Notes: generated from the sequence alone by a model not told the origin. A stretch of DNA of 58,431 nt from Bacteroidales bacterium (GCA_007133565.1 SLMM01000036.1:1-58431), one strand, 5' to 3'; positions 38,337 to 48,475 are shown, counted from the first letter of the stretch. Numbers and translations are program-made.

Positions 38337-38453
38337 TCCCCTTTTTTGATAATATTCCGGGAATTTAGCCTTAATCCAATTTTCTTGTAATATTTTTGAC
38401 TGTTGTTCTGTCAGCAATCGGCTAATGGATTTAATAGTTGAAAAATAAATTGT

Positions 38454-39341
38454 ATGGAAAAAATTCTTGAGATCAGAGGTTTGACCAGGCATTACGGCAG
38501 GATCAGGGCTGTACACAACCTTGATATGGATGTTGGCCGTGGACAGGTTTACGGGATACTTGGGCCAAACGGCAGCGGCAAGACCACTACCTTGTCGGTT
38601 ATAATGGGTGTGGTACATCAGCAGCAGGGGAGTTATTCATGGTTCGGCAATGCCAGGGGCTCCGGCTGGAAAAGAAGGGTTGGCAGCCTTATTGAAGTGC
38701 CCAACTTTTATCCCTACCTCAGCCTTGTGCAGAACCTCATGATCGCCGCGCGTATAAAGGAGGTGCCTGACAATGACATTGACAGGGTACTCGAAGTTGC
38801 CGGCCTGACTGAACGCAGGAACTACCCTTACCGAACATTGTCGCTTGGCATGAAGCAGCGGCTGGCTATGGCTTCAGTTCTGCTTGGAGATCCCGAGGTT
38901 ATGGTGCTGGATGAGCCGACAAACGGACTGGATCCGGAGGGAATAGCCGAAGTCAGGGGAATCATATCCGGCGAGGCGGAAAAGGGGAAAACGGTTATCC
39001 TTGCCAGCCATATCCTTGGCGAGGTTGAGAAAGTTTGTTCACATGTGGCAGTTCTTAAGGGGGGTGAGCTCATCGCATCAGGGCGGGTGGAGGAACTTCT
39101 TGGCACCGACAGGATGTTCAGGTTGTCTGCTCCTGATACCGGCCTGCTCGGCGAGTTGCTTGTACGTGCCGGTATGGTTAAAACTCTCGAGAACAAGGGT
39201 GGGGAGATCCTGGTAACTTGCGGGGCCTCGATATCGGCGGCCGATATTAACAGGTTTGCATTTGACAATGATATTGTGCTTACAGGGCTGGTGCCTGTCA
39301 GGAAAAGCCTCGAATCACATTTTCTTGAGCTTGTCAGGTAA
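38454..39341 (+). CDS. ABC transporter ATP-binding protein (ABC-2/BcrA-like)
   Basis: 'GPNGSGKTT', 'LSLGMKQRL', 'LDEPTNGLDP', 'SH'. Confidence 0.93.
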   Translation: MEKILEIRGLTRHYGRIRAVHNLDMDVGRGQVYGILGPNGSGKTTTLSVIMGVVHQQQGSYSWFGNARGSGWKRRVGSLIEVPNFYPYLSLVQNLMIAARIKEVPDNDIDRVLEVAGLTERRNYPYRTLSLGMKQRLAMASVLLGDPEVMVLDEPTNGLDPEGIAEVRGIISGEAEKGKTVILASHILGEVEKVCSHVAVLKGGELIASGRVEELLGTDRMFRLSAPDTGLLGELLVRAGMVKTLENKGGEILVTCGASISAADINRFAFDNDIVLTGLVPVRKSLESHFLELVR

Positions 39342-39353
39342 TTCTATCAATAG

Positions 39354-39407
39354 CTGGAACAAATACATTTAATACCTGGAACAAATACATTTAATACCTG
39401 GAACAAA
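39354..39407. repeat. Perfect 22-bp tandem repeat, about 2.5 copies (CTGGAACAAATACATTTAATAC)
   Basis: Copies at 39354, 39376 and 39398 (partial), ending directly at the permease ATG. Confidence 0.92.
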
Positions 39408-40235
39408 ATGCGCAAACTGATAAATATTGAATTCGTTAAACTGATTAACTATACCTCCTTCAAGGTTATTCTCCTTCTTCACCTTGCTTTTTTTTCGCTG
39501 GTGGTCTTTGTCTCTTCACAGATCGATATCACTGTGCCGGGTTTTGACACAACCAACCTGTTCAGGTTTCCCCATGTCTGGAGCTATTTTGCATGGATAG
39601 CAAGCTGGTTCAACCTTCTGCTTGCAATTCTTGTAATCATGGTTGCAGGGAATGAGTTTTCCTATCGCACCTTCAGGCAGCATGTCATTGACGGGCTTTC
39701 AAGGACAGAGCTGCTTGGCGGCAAGCTCCTTGTTATTTTTATGATCTCAGTTTATGCATTTCTTCTTGTGCTGGTTAGCGGACTTATCTATGGTGCGGTA
39801 TATACATCGTCACCATCAATGGCCGATCTGATCTCCGGCATGCATATCCTCTTTGTCTATTTTCTGCAAACGATTGCCTTCATGGTTATCGGCCTGCTGC
39901 TTGTTATGCTGTTGCGAAGCAATGCACTGTCAATAATCATATTCATACTTTTAAGGTTTCCGGTAGAACCGGTAATCAGAAGCTTCTTCCCACGCGATGT
40001 ACGCCCCTTCTTCCCGATGAAGTCTGTCGGTTCGCTTACTCCCGTTCCCGAGTTCCTGAGTATTTCATCGGAGGCTTCCTTTGAAACGGCTGATGGGGCA
40101 AATGCTCTTACATTCAGCGAAATGGGACTTGTGGCGCAGGGGCTTCCGCTGTGGGGACAGGTATTGCTGGCTGCCGGATACACCCTTCTGTTTGCAGGCA
40201 TAGCCTTGCTTCTTATCAGGAGGCGAAACCTCTGA
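39408..40235 (+). CDS. ABC-2 type transporter permease
   Basis: About six TM helices; 'LINIEFVK', 'NEFSYRTFRQHVIDGLSR...GK', ends 'RRRNL'. Confidence 0.88.
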   Translation: MRKLINIEFVKLINYTSFKVILLLHLAFFSLVVFVSSQIDITVPGFDTTNLFRFPHVWSYFAWIASWFNLLLAILVIMVAGNEFSYRTFRQHVIDGLSRTELLGGKLLVIFMISVYAFLLVLVSGLIYGAVYTSSPSMADLISGMHILFVYFLQTIAFMVIGLLLVMLLRSNALSIIIFILLRFPVEPVIRSFFPRDVRPFFPMKSVGSLTPVPEFLSISSEASFETADGANALTFSEMGLVAQGLPLWGQVLLAAGYTLLFAGIALLLIRRRNL

Positions 40236-40369
40236 CACTATTCATCCTTTTCAGCCTCTGCAAAATCTGTTGGCAGCTATGAGTCAATTAGTTCGGCTAT
40301 GCTTCAGGTGATTTTTTCAAAAACTTTTCTTGGCAGGGTCAGCCTCTTTTTATAGTTTTGTTTTTACAT

Positions 40370-41809
40370 ATGCACTGGATTGATATTATAGTCTTTGTTC
40401 TTTATATTTTCCTTGTACTGGGTATAGGTTTTTACTTCCTCTGGCGAAATCGCGATGCCGACGACTATTACGTGGGCAGCCGGAAGATGGGCAGCGTGCA
40501 TGTCGGACTATCGGTTGTTGCCACCGATGTAGGAGGCGGTTTTTCAATAGGGCTTGGGGGACTGGGCTTTATAATGGGCATGGCAGGCTCCTGGATGCTT
40601 TTTACCGGGCTCATAGGTGCATGGCTCAGTGCCGTTATACTGATACCCAAAGTACATCCGCTGGGCAGCGAAAAAAAGCTTTTTACCTTTCCGCAGATTT
40701 TTGCCCATTTCTACAGTCCCCGGGTGGCAATGATGGCAGGTATTATTTCTGCCATTGGATACCTTGGATTTACCAGCTCGCAGATACTTGCAGGGGCCAA
40801 GCTTGCCTCCTCCACCTTTATTAACCTCGATATGAATACAGCCCTTATAGTGATGGGGGTGATTGCCGTGGTTTATACAGTTGTAGGAGGTATCAAGGCT
40901 GTGATATACACTGATACATTCCAGTGGATCATTCTGATGGGGGGACTTATTCTGATTGGTATTCCCTCAGGTTATGTAGCAATAGGTGGAATGACGGCTA
41001 TAAGGGAGACACTCGGTCCTGAGTTCATGTCATTCAGGAATGTGCCGTGGCAGACCGTGGTCAACTGGGTTGTTACGATACTGCCCATATGGTTCGTGGG
41101 GATGACCCTGTATCAACGAATCTATGCGACCAGGGGGGTACGGGAGGCCAGACGGGCATGGTTCATTGCCGGGATATTTGAATGGCCCTTCATGGCGATG
41201 ATGGGTGTGATTCTCGGGCTTTTTGCAAGGGTGGCTTTTGAAAACGGCATGTTTGAATATCTCGGCTATATGGCTGGCGGTGATCTTGATCCTGAAATGG
41301 GATTGCCGCTGCTCTTGCGCACTGTTTTGCCGGTGGGCCTGATGGGCCTGATGATGTCAGCCTACTTCTCGGCTATCATGTCAACGGCTGATAGCTGCAT
41401 GATGGCTGCTTCGGGCAACCTGCTGACAGACATACTTTCAAAGTTTTTCAGGATAGAAGGTAATGAAAAACGAATGCTCAGGATCTCCCAGCTTCTGACC
41501 TTCATTATAGGCGGACTTGCCCTGTTGCTTGCAGCAGCAATGGAGAACGTGCTGGAGCTTATGCTTTACTCCTATGCATTCATGGTGTCAGGGCTGCTGG
41601 TGCCGGTTATCGGGGCCTTTTTCCTGAAAAGGCGCACTCCTCAGGCAGCTTTCTGGTCGATGCTGCTTGGCGGTGGTACCACACTGGTGCTTACAGCTAC
41701 AGGAGTGCCGCTGCCATTCGGACTTGACCCGAACATTTTCGGCATAACAATTTCGGCAGTTACTTTCTTAAGCCTTACAAGGTTTTTGCCCGGCAGGAAA
41801 AACAGTTAA
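40370..41809 (+). CDS. Sodium:solute symporter (PutP/PanF-like)
   Basis: 'DDYYVGSR', 'YTVVGGIKAVIYTD', 'YQRIYA', 'SAIMSTADS'; the TTG at 40358 is part of a TAGTTTTG promoter element (40353-40360), so ATG 40370 is preferred. Confidence 0.92.
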   Translation: MHWIDIIVFVLYIFLVLGIGFYFLWRNRDADDYYVGSRKMGSVHVGLSVVATDVGGGFSIGLGGLGFIMGMAGSWMLFTGLIGAWLSAVILIPKVHPLGSEKKLFTFPQIFAHFYSPRVAMMAGIISAIGYLGFTSSQILAGAKLASSTFINLDMNTALIVMGVIAVVYTVVGGIKAVIYTDTFQWIILMGGLILIGIPSGYVAIGGMTAIRETLGPEFMSFRNVPWQTVVNWVVTILPIWFVGMTLYQRIYATRGVREARRAWFIAGIFEWPFMAMMGVILGLFARVAFENGMFEYLGYMAGGDLDPEMGLPLLLRTVLPVGLMGLMMSAYFSAIMSTADSCMMAASGNLLTDILSKFFRIEGNEKRMLRISQLLTFIIGGLALLLAAAMENVLELMLYSYAFMVSGLLVPVIGAFFLKRRTPQAAFWSMLLGGGTTLVLTATGVPLPFGLDPNIFGITISAVTFLSLTRFLPGRKNS

Positions 41810-41878
41810 CCCCCTTTCGAAACGGATGACCTTGTGCTACCAATACCTGATTTTGAACGGGGCTTACATTTGCGTATT

Positions 41879-41908
41879 AAAAAACCACCCCGGCACCCCC
41901 GGGGTGGT
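41879..41908 (-). terminator. Intrinsic terminator of the M16 peptidase operon
   Basis: ACCACCCCGG-caccc-CCGGGGTGGT, with an A run on the left that reads as a U tail on the minus strand. Confidence 0.85.
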
Positions 41909-41976
41909 ATGCTGCAAATAAGTTATTTTCTGAATTCTTCAAGCTGGCCGTGAGTCCTCCTGAAGTAGCCCAACTA

Positions 41977-44055
41977 TTAATCGACTTTGAACACCTCGTC
42001 GCCCAGGCCCTGGTTGATTTCAATCGACTTCACCTCCAGGTCGAATGCCTGCGGACCGGCCTGCTGCCTCATAAGGTAAGGGAACATCAGTCCCCCGACC
42101 TCCCGGTAGTCTCTGTAATCTGTTGTCTGCGTCATCGGCCCCATCGGTGTGTCCTGGGAGATAACGGTCCTGACCTTCAGCCCGCTTTCAACATCGAAAA
42201 ATTCTGAAAGGGTAATACCCTGGGGACTGGTTATATTGACCTTGTATGCCGGACTACCCTCTACATTTTCCACACCGTCAAGTACCAGGGTGTAGCCTCT
42301 CTCTTCGTATGTAAGCTCAGGGTTCATAGTTGCCTGGGTTTTCATCTGATCAAGCATTTCACCTTCCAGTTCCATGGTTCCCTGCATACCCCTCATCATA
42401 CCGCGTTCGCCATCGAATACCTGTTCCTGCATTACGTTGCCCCCCATGCTCATGACTGACCTTATCATGTTGGGTGCCTTCTGCTGTGTTAGCATCTCGA
42501 TAACCATCCCCTGAACACTTGCACTCATCTCGATGGTTATATCACTTATGTTTTTCATCGCCGCTTCACCGCCAACGGCATTGATATAGTTCCTGACAAC
42601 GTCCGCCCCGGTAAGGCCTGTGGGTAGATCAAACTCACTCTCCTCAATTATCCGGCCGAACGCATCGTAAAATGCAACCTCGCCTGTAGCACTGAATTTT
42701 TCAAGGGTTTCGGCAACTTCACCCTTATTCCCTCCCACAATGATGTAACTGTTGCCGGGGCGCAGATATTTGGTGGCCACCTCTCTGACATCGTCTGCCG
42801 ATACTGCGGCAAGCCTTTCAAGATAAGTAGCATAATAATCGGAGGGGAGCCCGTACCTTTCAATATTGAGTGCGAAGTTCGCTATGGTACGGGGACTTTC
42901 AAGGGAGCGGGCGAAGCTGCCGTTCATGAAGTTCTTTACCAGCTCGAGGCTCTCCTCATCAACAGGCTCGTTCACCATTCTCTCCATCTCGTAGAGTATC
43001 TCAGTAACGGTGCTGTCGGTAACTGAGTTTCGGACCTCTGTCCGTGCATTGAACCTGCCTACAAGCCTGTCTGTTGAAAGGCTTGATCTTGCTCCGTAGG
43101 TATATCCCTTATCTTCTCTGAGGTTCTGCATGAGCCTTCCGCTGAACACGCCTCCTCCAAGGATATTGTTCATCACGCTGGCTTTAATGGCATCTGGGTC
43201 GCCCGGTCTGAGCTGCACAGGGTGGGTTACAGATACAACCGATTGCACTGCACCTGTACGGTCGGCCATAGCCACCTTGTTTCCTGCCGGTGGCCCTGGT
43301 GTTAGATAGGTGTGGTGTGGCACCTCTGCCTGCTGCCATCCGCCGAAATAATTCTCCATCAGGCTTTTTGCCTCTTCCAGGCGAATGTCGCCCACAATAA
43401 CCATGTACGCCACATTTGGCCTGAAATAGGTGTTGTAGTAATCCGTCAGCATGTCACGGGTGATGTTCTTCAGGGTCTCCTCTGTGGTAACTTCCCCGTA
43501 AGGGTGATCATCACCGTAAACAAGGGTGGTGGATATATTGCTCACCATTGCTCCTGCATCTGTCCTCACGGTTGCCTGGGCCGTTATTGCCTGCGATCGT
43601 TCCCTCTCCAGTTCATCTTCAGGAAATACCGGGTTCAGAAGAATATCAGACATCAGCCCGAGCAGTGTTTCGGTATGGCGTGAAAGTGAAGAGCCGAACA
43701 TACCTGTGGAAAATGTACTCAGCGAAGCGCCAATGAAATCAATCGCCTCGTCGATCTCAGGTTTTGTAAGGTTGGTTGTACCTGCCCTCATTAATGACCC
43801 TGCCATTGCTACATAGCCTTTTGCATCATTCTCCATTACCGGGTCAATATCGAGGGTAAGCTGGAAAGATACCACTGGTATCTTGTCGTTCTCAACTACT
43901 ATTACCTGCAGGCCGTTGTCCAGGCTGAACTTTTCGTATTCGCCAATCTGTATTACCGGTGCAGGGCCGGGTTCCGGGGCCCTTGTCCTGTCAATCTGTG
44001 CACTGAGTGGAATAATACAGAATGCCAGGAGCAGTATTATTGTTATTCTCTTCAT
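41977..44055 (-). CDS. M16 (insulinase-family) peptidase, non-catalytic subunit with extra C-terminal domain
   Basis: Signal peptide LSA-Q; 'LDNGLQV'; no HxxEH; 'LMQNLREDKGYTYG'; additional roughly 210-aa beta-rich C-terminal domain. Confidence 0.88.
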   Translation of the reverse strand: MKRITIILLLAFCIIPLSAQIDRTRAPEPGPAPVIQIGEYEKFSLDNGLQVIVVENDKIPVVSFQLTLDIDPVMENDAKGYVAMAGSLMRAGTTNLTKPEIDEAIDFIGASLSTFSTGMFGSSLSRHTETLLGLMSDILLNPVFPEDELERERSQAITAQATVRTDAGAMVSNISTTLVYGDDHPYGEVTTEETLKNITRDMLTDYYNTYFRPNVAYMVIVGDIRLEEAKSLMENYFGGWQQAEVPHHTYLTPGPPAGNKVAMADRTGAVQSVVSVTHPVQLRPGDPDAIKASVMNNILGGGVFSGRLMQNLREDKGYTYGARSSLSTDRLVGRFNARTEVRNSVTDSTVTEILYEMERMVNEPVDEESLELVKNFMNGSFARSLESPRTIANFALNIERYGLPSDYYATYLERLAAVSADDVREVATKYLRPGNSYIIVGGNKGEVAETLEKFSATGEVAFYDAFGRIIEESEFDLPTGLTGADVVRNYINAVGGEAAMKNISDITIEMSASVQGMVIEMLTQQKAPNMIRSVMSMGGNVMQEQVFDGERGMMRGMQGTMELEGEMLDQMKTQATMNPELTYEERGYTLVLDGVENVEGSPAYKVNITSPQGITLSEFFDVESGLKVRTVISQDTPMGPMTQTTDYRDYREVGGLMFPYLMRQQAGPQAFDLEVKSIEINQGLGDEVFKVD

Positions 44056-44158
44056 GAGTTAATATTTTGTTTTCGGGTTTAATATTTTATTTCTACCGGT
44101 CTGCCCGGCGCATATTGATGGATATGAAACTGTTGCGCCATGCTCGCGGTTAAACATG

Positions 44159-45481
44159 TCAGTCCTGTTTAGGCAGGTAGTACAATACCACCCTGTTTTC
44201 TTCGGTAAAGTACCTCTGTGCCGCAGCAAGTATATCCTCACGGGTCACTTCCATATAGCGTTCAATCTCGGTGTTGATCCTGCCGGCGTCGCCCAGTACG
44301 GTATGGTAGCTGGCAAGGCTGTTGGCCCTGGATGCCATGGTGGTGTTTGAGTTTACAAACTGGCTTTCAATCTGGTTCCTGAGCTTATCCATCTCAAATT
44401 CAGTAATCAGTTCGGTCCTGACTTTTTCAAGCTCGGCGTTTATTGCATTCTCAAGCACTTCCGGGTCGGTTCCCATGTTGGGGAAGGCCAGGATCAGTGA
44501 CAATCCGGGATCCTCGAGAGCAAGTGACTGGGCCGAAACCTGCAGTGCAACCCGCTGCTGGTCCACCAGCCTTTGATGCAGCCTCGAGCTTTGTCCCCGC
44601 GACAACAGTGTTGCTACCATATCGACAGCATAGAAATCTTCGGTGCCCCTTGCAGGGATATTGTAGGCCTGTAATACAAGCGGTAGTTGTATGTTGTCAT
44701 AAATCGTATCGCGTATTTCCCTGTTGCGCCGGGGTTCAACCACTTCGGGCCTGAAGATATCATGTTCTCCTTTCGGTATCTCACCAAAATATGCTTCCAC
44801 CAGCCTTTTTGTTTCATCAATGTCAATGTCGCCTGCAATTACAAGAACGGCATTGTTCGGAACGTAGAACATTTCATGAAACGCTTCAAATTCATGATCC
44901 TCGGCATCTCTTATATGATTCTCGTCACCAATCGGGGCCCATCTGTATGGGTGTTCTGAAAACGCTCTTTTAAGGGTTTCCAGCAGAATTGTGCCATATG
45001 GGCGGTTGTCATACATCTGCTTTTTCTCCTCTATCACGACATCCTTCTGTGTTGCAATCCCTACAGAGTCGACCACGGCATGCAACAGCCTCTCCGACTC
45101 AAGCCATAAACCAAGCTCAAGCTGGTTCGACGGGAGCAGGACAAAGTAGTTGGTAACATCATTGCTTGTGTAGGCGTTAAGCGAGCCTCCCGCCCGTTCA
45201 ACGTACTCGGTAAATTCTCCGCGGGGAATATGCTTTGTCCCCTCGAACATCAGGTGCTCAAAGAAGTGTGCGAACCCGGTCCTTTCAGGGTTCTCATTTT
45301 TCGATCCAACGTGGTACATGATGTTGGTTACCACGATTGGTGTGGAGTTGTCCTGGTGCAGGATCACGTGCAGTCCGTTGTCAAGCTTGTACTCGACAAA
45401 ATCGATCTGTACGGCCTGGCCTGTGACCAGCGACAAACATGCGAGCCATATAAGGCTGGCTGTCAATAATTTTCTCATCAT
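44159..45481 (-). CDS. M16 (pitrilysin-family) zinc peptidase, catalytic subunit
   Basis: Signal peptide 'MMRKLL...VTG-Q'; 'GFAHFFEHLMFEG', 'NAYTS', 'VIEE'. Confidence 0.93.
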   Translation of the reverse strand: MMRKLLTASLIWLACLSLVTGQAVQIDFVEYKLDNGLHVILHQDNSTPIVVTNIMYHVGSKNENPERTGFAHFFEHLMFEGTKHIPRGEFTEYVERAGGSLNAYTSNDVTNYFVLLPSNQLELGLWLESERLLHAVVDSVGIATQKDVVIEEKKQMYDNRPYGTILLETLKRAFSEHPYRWAPIGDENHIRDAEDHEFEAFHEMFYVPNNAVLVIAGDIDIDETKRLVEAYFGEIPKGEHDIFRPEVVEPRRNREIRDTIYDNIQLPLVLQAYNIPARGTEDFYAVDMVATLLSRGQSSRLHQRLVDQQRVALQVSAQSLALEDPGLSLILAFPNMGTDPEVLENAINAELEKVRTELITEFEMDKLRNQIESQFVNSNTTMASRANSLASYHTVLGDAGRINTEIERYMEVTREDILAAAQRYFTEENRVVLYYLPKQD

Positions 45482-45679
45482 TATTTTCAGTTTTTCTTGA
45501 TAAAATTTTATATTGTGGTTGAAATTTAGTACTAAAGGTAACAAAAATGATCTTTCACTTGTTGAAAAAATATTAATTTTTTAAAAGTTTTTTGTCTCGC
45601 CTTCCGGATTCTGTGCAGATCCGGACGTCATACCTGTGCGGCGCCAGGTTAAGTTGTCGTGCAGGGCCCCCGACAACTC

Positions 45680-48274
45680 CTAAAGGTTGCGGTCGGGAAA
45701 CAGGTTTACCCACCATTCGGGCTGGCCCTTTAACCACTTGTCAAACCAGGCCATTTTGGTGTTGCTCCACTCAATTCTTTTATTATAGGTGAGTATATGA
45801 TGGTCCTCACCCTCAATTTTTATAAGTTCTACCGGTCTGCCAAGCAGTTTCAGGGCAACATAAAGCTGGATGCTTTCCCCGGGAGGCACATTGGTATCCT
45901 GGTCGCCGGTTACCAGTAGCAGCGGCGTATTTATCCTGTCGGCCGAGAATAACGGACTCTGGTCAACATAAAGTTCCCTGTTGTTCCAGGGGAAGCTGCC
46001 GGCGCTTGCCTCGGCGCTGTAGCCGTATCCCCAGTAACCTTCTCCCCAGTAGCTCGATATTGAACTTATGCCTGCATGTGATATGGCGGTTGCGAATATA
46101 TCTGTTCGCGTTGTCAGCAGCATGGTCATGAACCCACCGTAGGATGCCCCCATGCAGCCGACCCTCTCTGGGTCAGCAAAAGGATGGGCTTCGAGAAACT
46201 TCCTTGTGCCATCAATTATCTCATCGGCAACCGTCTTACCCCAGTTGTTCACATGCATTGCCGAGAACTCCTGTCCGAATCCGGTTGCACCGGAGGGTTG
46301 AAGTACATATACCACGTAACCCGAGGCGGCATACATATTGAAGGGGTAGCGGCCGCCAAAGCTCCTTGAAACAGGGTTTGTGCCACCGTAATAGTATACT
46401 ATGACCGGATATTTTTTCGAATCATCAAAATCGGGCGGGAGGTATACCCTTCCGGGGATCTCAACGCCTTCGGAGTTGCTGAAGTTCCATTCAAGATTTT
46501 CTCCGAAAGCAACATTCCTGAAATTATGGCTGTCGGGGTTCTCAATCTCCCTGTACCTTCCGTTGCGGAGGTTAAGCAACGACACCCGCGGGGGTGAGGA
46601 CATTCCGGAACCCGAATATATTGCAATGCGCTCATCCCTGGCCATGCTTACCCGGCTGATTACGTCCTTACCTGTTTCAATCTCCGCAAACCGGCGGTTC
46701 CCTGTGTTGTACCTGTAAAGGCGCACAAAATCTTCATGGCCGGCAACAAGGTATATATGATTGTCAGCCCTGTTCCATAAAGCCTGTGAAATTGAGGGGT
46801 CAAACTCCCTTGTAAACGGGTCTGTCGAGCCGCTTTCGATATCGTATATATATGCCTGGGTGTCATAATTGTTGGCAATCATACCTTCGGGGATATTCTC
46901 CCCCAGTCCCCCGAACGCAGACGGCCCTCCTGTAAACAGTATCTTTCTGCCGTCGGGCGAGAAGGTGCCTGAAACACCCCATCTCTTGTCATGCAAAATG
47001 GTGTCAACATCACGGGTGTCCATCTCCATTATGAAAACATCCTGCTTCATATAGGGCCTCTCAAGGTAGTCGGGGCGGCTCTGGCTTAACAGGATATATT
47101 TGCTGCAGGGACTGATATCATGGAGCGAAGTGGTAAGGAACCCATGGGTAAGCCTCTCCCTGACCCCTGTTTCAACATTCGCCCTGTACAGGAAATTCCT
47201 GTTCCGGAACCCGGGTATCCTGTCTCCCGGGCCGATTATCCTTTTAGTGCTTCCTTCTTCTTCAGGGCCCTCTTCTCTTAAAGAATAGACAATATATTTC
47301 CCGTCCGGAGTCCAGCGAAATGAAACCAGATCTTCGATATCTGCCAGTACCTTTTCCATTTCTCCGCTCTCAAGGTCGTATCTCCATATCGTGGCTTTAC
47401 CTTCACGTGTGGTCCGGTATGAAACAACATTCTCCACCGGCGTCCATGAGACCGATGATACGGTGGAATGCCTGAAAGAGTGGATCATCCGGCCGTCGCT
47501 CACCCTTTTTATTTCAGTCCAGTTCTCCGACCTGTCCGATGGAGGAAGCGACCGGCTGAAATTGACGATGTACATTTTACCATCGGGAGAAATATCGGCT
47601 GCACCGGCCTTTACTCCATCGAGGAGGTGGCTCAGTGTCTTTCCCTGTTCGGGATCAAGGCTGGTTTTCAGATCATTTTCGGATGCATATTCAGGCACTT
47701 TTAAGGCAGCGCTGAGTTGCCAGGGGCTTTCATCATCCTGTGTGATGAATGTCCTGACAACAAGGAGGTGCTTACCGCCCTCCAGTTCAATCTCCCTTGT
47801 CCATTTGCCCGGTTCCGATTCAGGTTCCTGGACGGTATTCTTGGCGCCCAGTCGTTTACCGTTCAGGTAAACTTCAAGCATCTGCCTGCTGTGTATTTCC
47901 AGGTCGGTTTTCATCCATCTGCTAACGTTTATGTAGGTTGCAAGCCATGCGACAGAGGCAGTTCCCGTGCCGGGCATTCCGGCATCCACATACCCGGTGT
48001 CGTTTGCATGCCTGACGGCCCATCTTGCCTCGTAATTGCCGTTACGCATGAAAAACTTGTTGTTTTCCGGAAAATGATCGCTTATTTCACGCGGATTGAA
48101 GCTGAAAAGCTCCTCCTTGCCGAAGGTTTCCCCCTTCAGGTTCTCTGTCAAAGCAAAAGCAGGAAGTTCCATGTCAGGCCCCTGCACCGCAAGCCATGAG
48201 GGTACGGTAATGCTGCCGGACCACAGGGAGGCAGTTATGAAGAAGGCCATTGCCGAAAGAATAATTTTTTGCAT
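45680..48274 (-). CDS. S9 family (prolyl oligopeptidase / acylaminoacyl) peptidase
   Basis: Signal peptide; propeller repeats (SPDG, WTPDG, FSPDG); 'YYGG', nucleophile 'GASYGG', 'DTNVP', 'EDH'. Confidence 0.93.
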   Translation of the reverse strand: MQKIILSAMAFFITASLWSGSITVPSWLAVQGPDMELPAFALTENLKGETFGKEELFSFNPREISDHFPENNKFFMRNGNYEARWAVRHANDTGYVDAGMPGTGTASVAWLATYINVSRWMKTDLEIHSRQMLEVYLNGKRLGAKNTVQEPESEPGKWTREIELEGGKHLLVVRTFITQDDESPWQLSAALKVPEYASENDLKTSLDPEQGKTLSHLLDGVKAGAADISPDGKMYIVNFSRSLPPSDRSENWTEIKRVSDGRMIHSFRHSTVSSVSWTPVENVVSYRTTREGKATIWRYDLESGEMEKVLADIEDLVSFRWTPDGKYIVYSLREEGPEEEGSTKRIIGPGDRIPGFRNRNFLYRANVETGVRERLTHGFLTTSLHDISPCSKYILLSQSRPDYLERPYMKQDVFIMEMDTRDVDTILHDKRWGVSGTFSPDGRKILFTGGPSAFGGLGENIPEGMIANNYDTQAYIYDIESGSTDPFTREFDPSISQALWNRADNHIYLVAGHEDFVRLYRYNTGNRRFAEIETGKDVISRVSMARDERIAIYSGSGMSSPPRVSLLNLRNGRYREIENPDSHNFRNVAFGENLEWNFSNSEGVEIPGRVYLPPDFDDSKKYPVIVYYYGGTNPVSRSFGGRYPFNMYAASGYVVYVLQPSGATGFGQEFSAMHVNNWGKTVADEIIDGTRKFLEAHPFADPERVGCMGASYGGFMTMLLTTRTDIFATAISHAGISSISSYWGEGYWGYGYSAEASAGSFPWNNRELYVDQSPLFSADRINTPLLLVTGDQDTNVPPGESIQLYVALKLLGRPVELIKIEGEDHHILTYNKRIEWSNTKMAWFDKWLKGQPEWWVNLFPDRNL

Positions 48275-48475
48275 GATAATTTTAATATTTTATTCGTTAA
48301 TAATTTTTATTAATGCCACGGGTTCCGGGATGGCAATATCAAATGCTGGCTGGCAGCAGGAATACGAAGTTAATATTTTTTGCTAATTTGGCTGCCTGTC
48401 CGGCGTGGAACAAAAAATGCAACCAGATGTTCGACAATTAATTCACTGTTCTGAACAAATCCTGACAATATTATA

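Noticed and set aside
45626-45634. CGTCATACC matching the ECF -10 region at 3145
   Set aside because: The -35 position reads TCCGGA rather than TGTAAC, and it points away from the local genes
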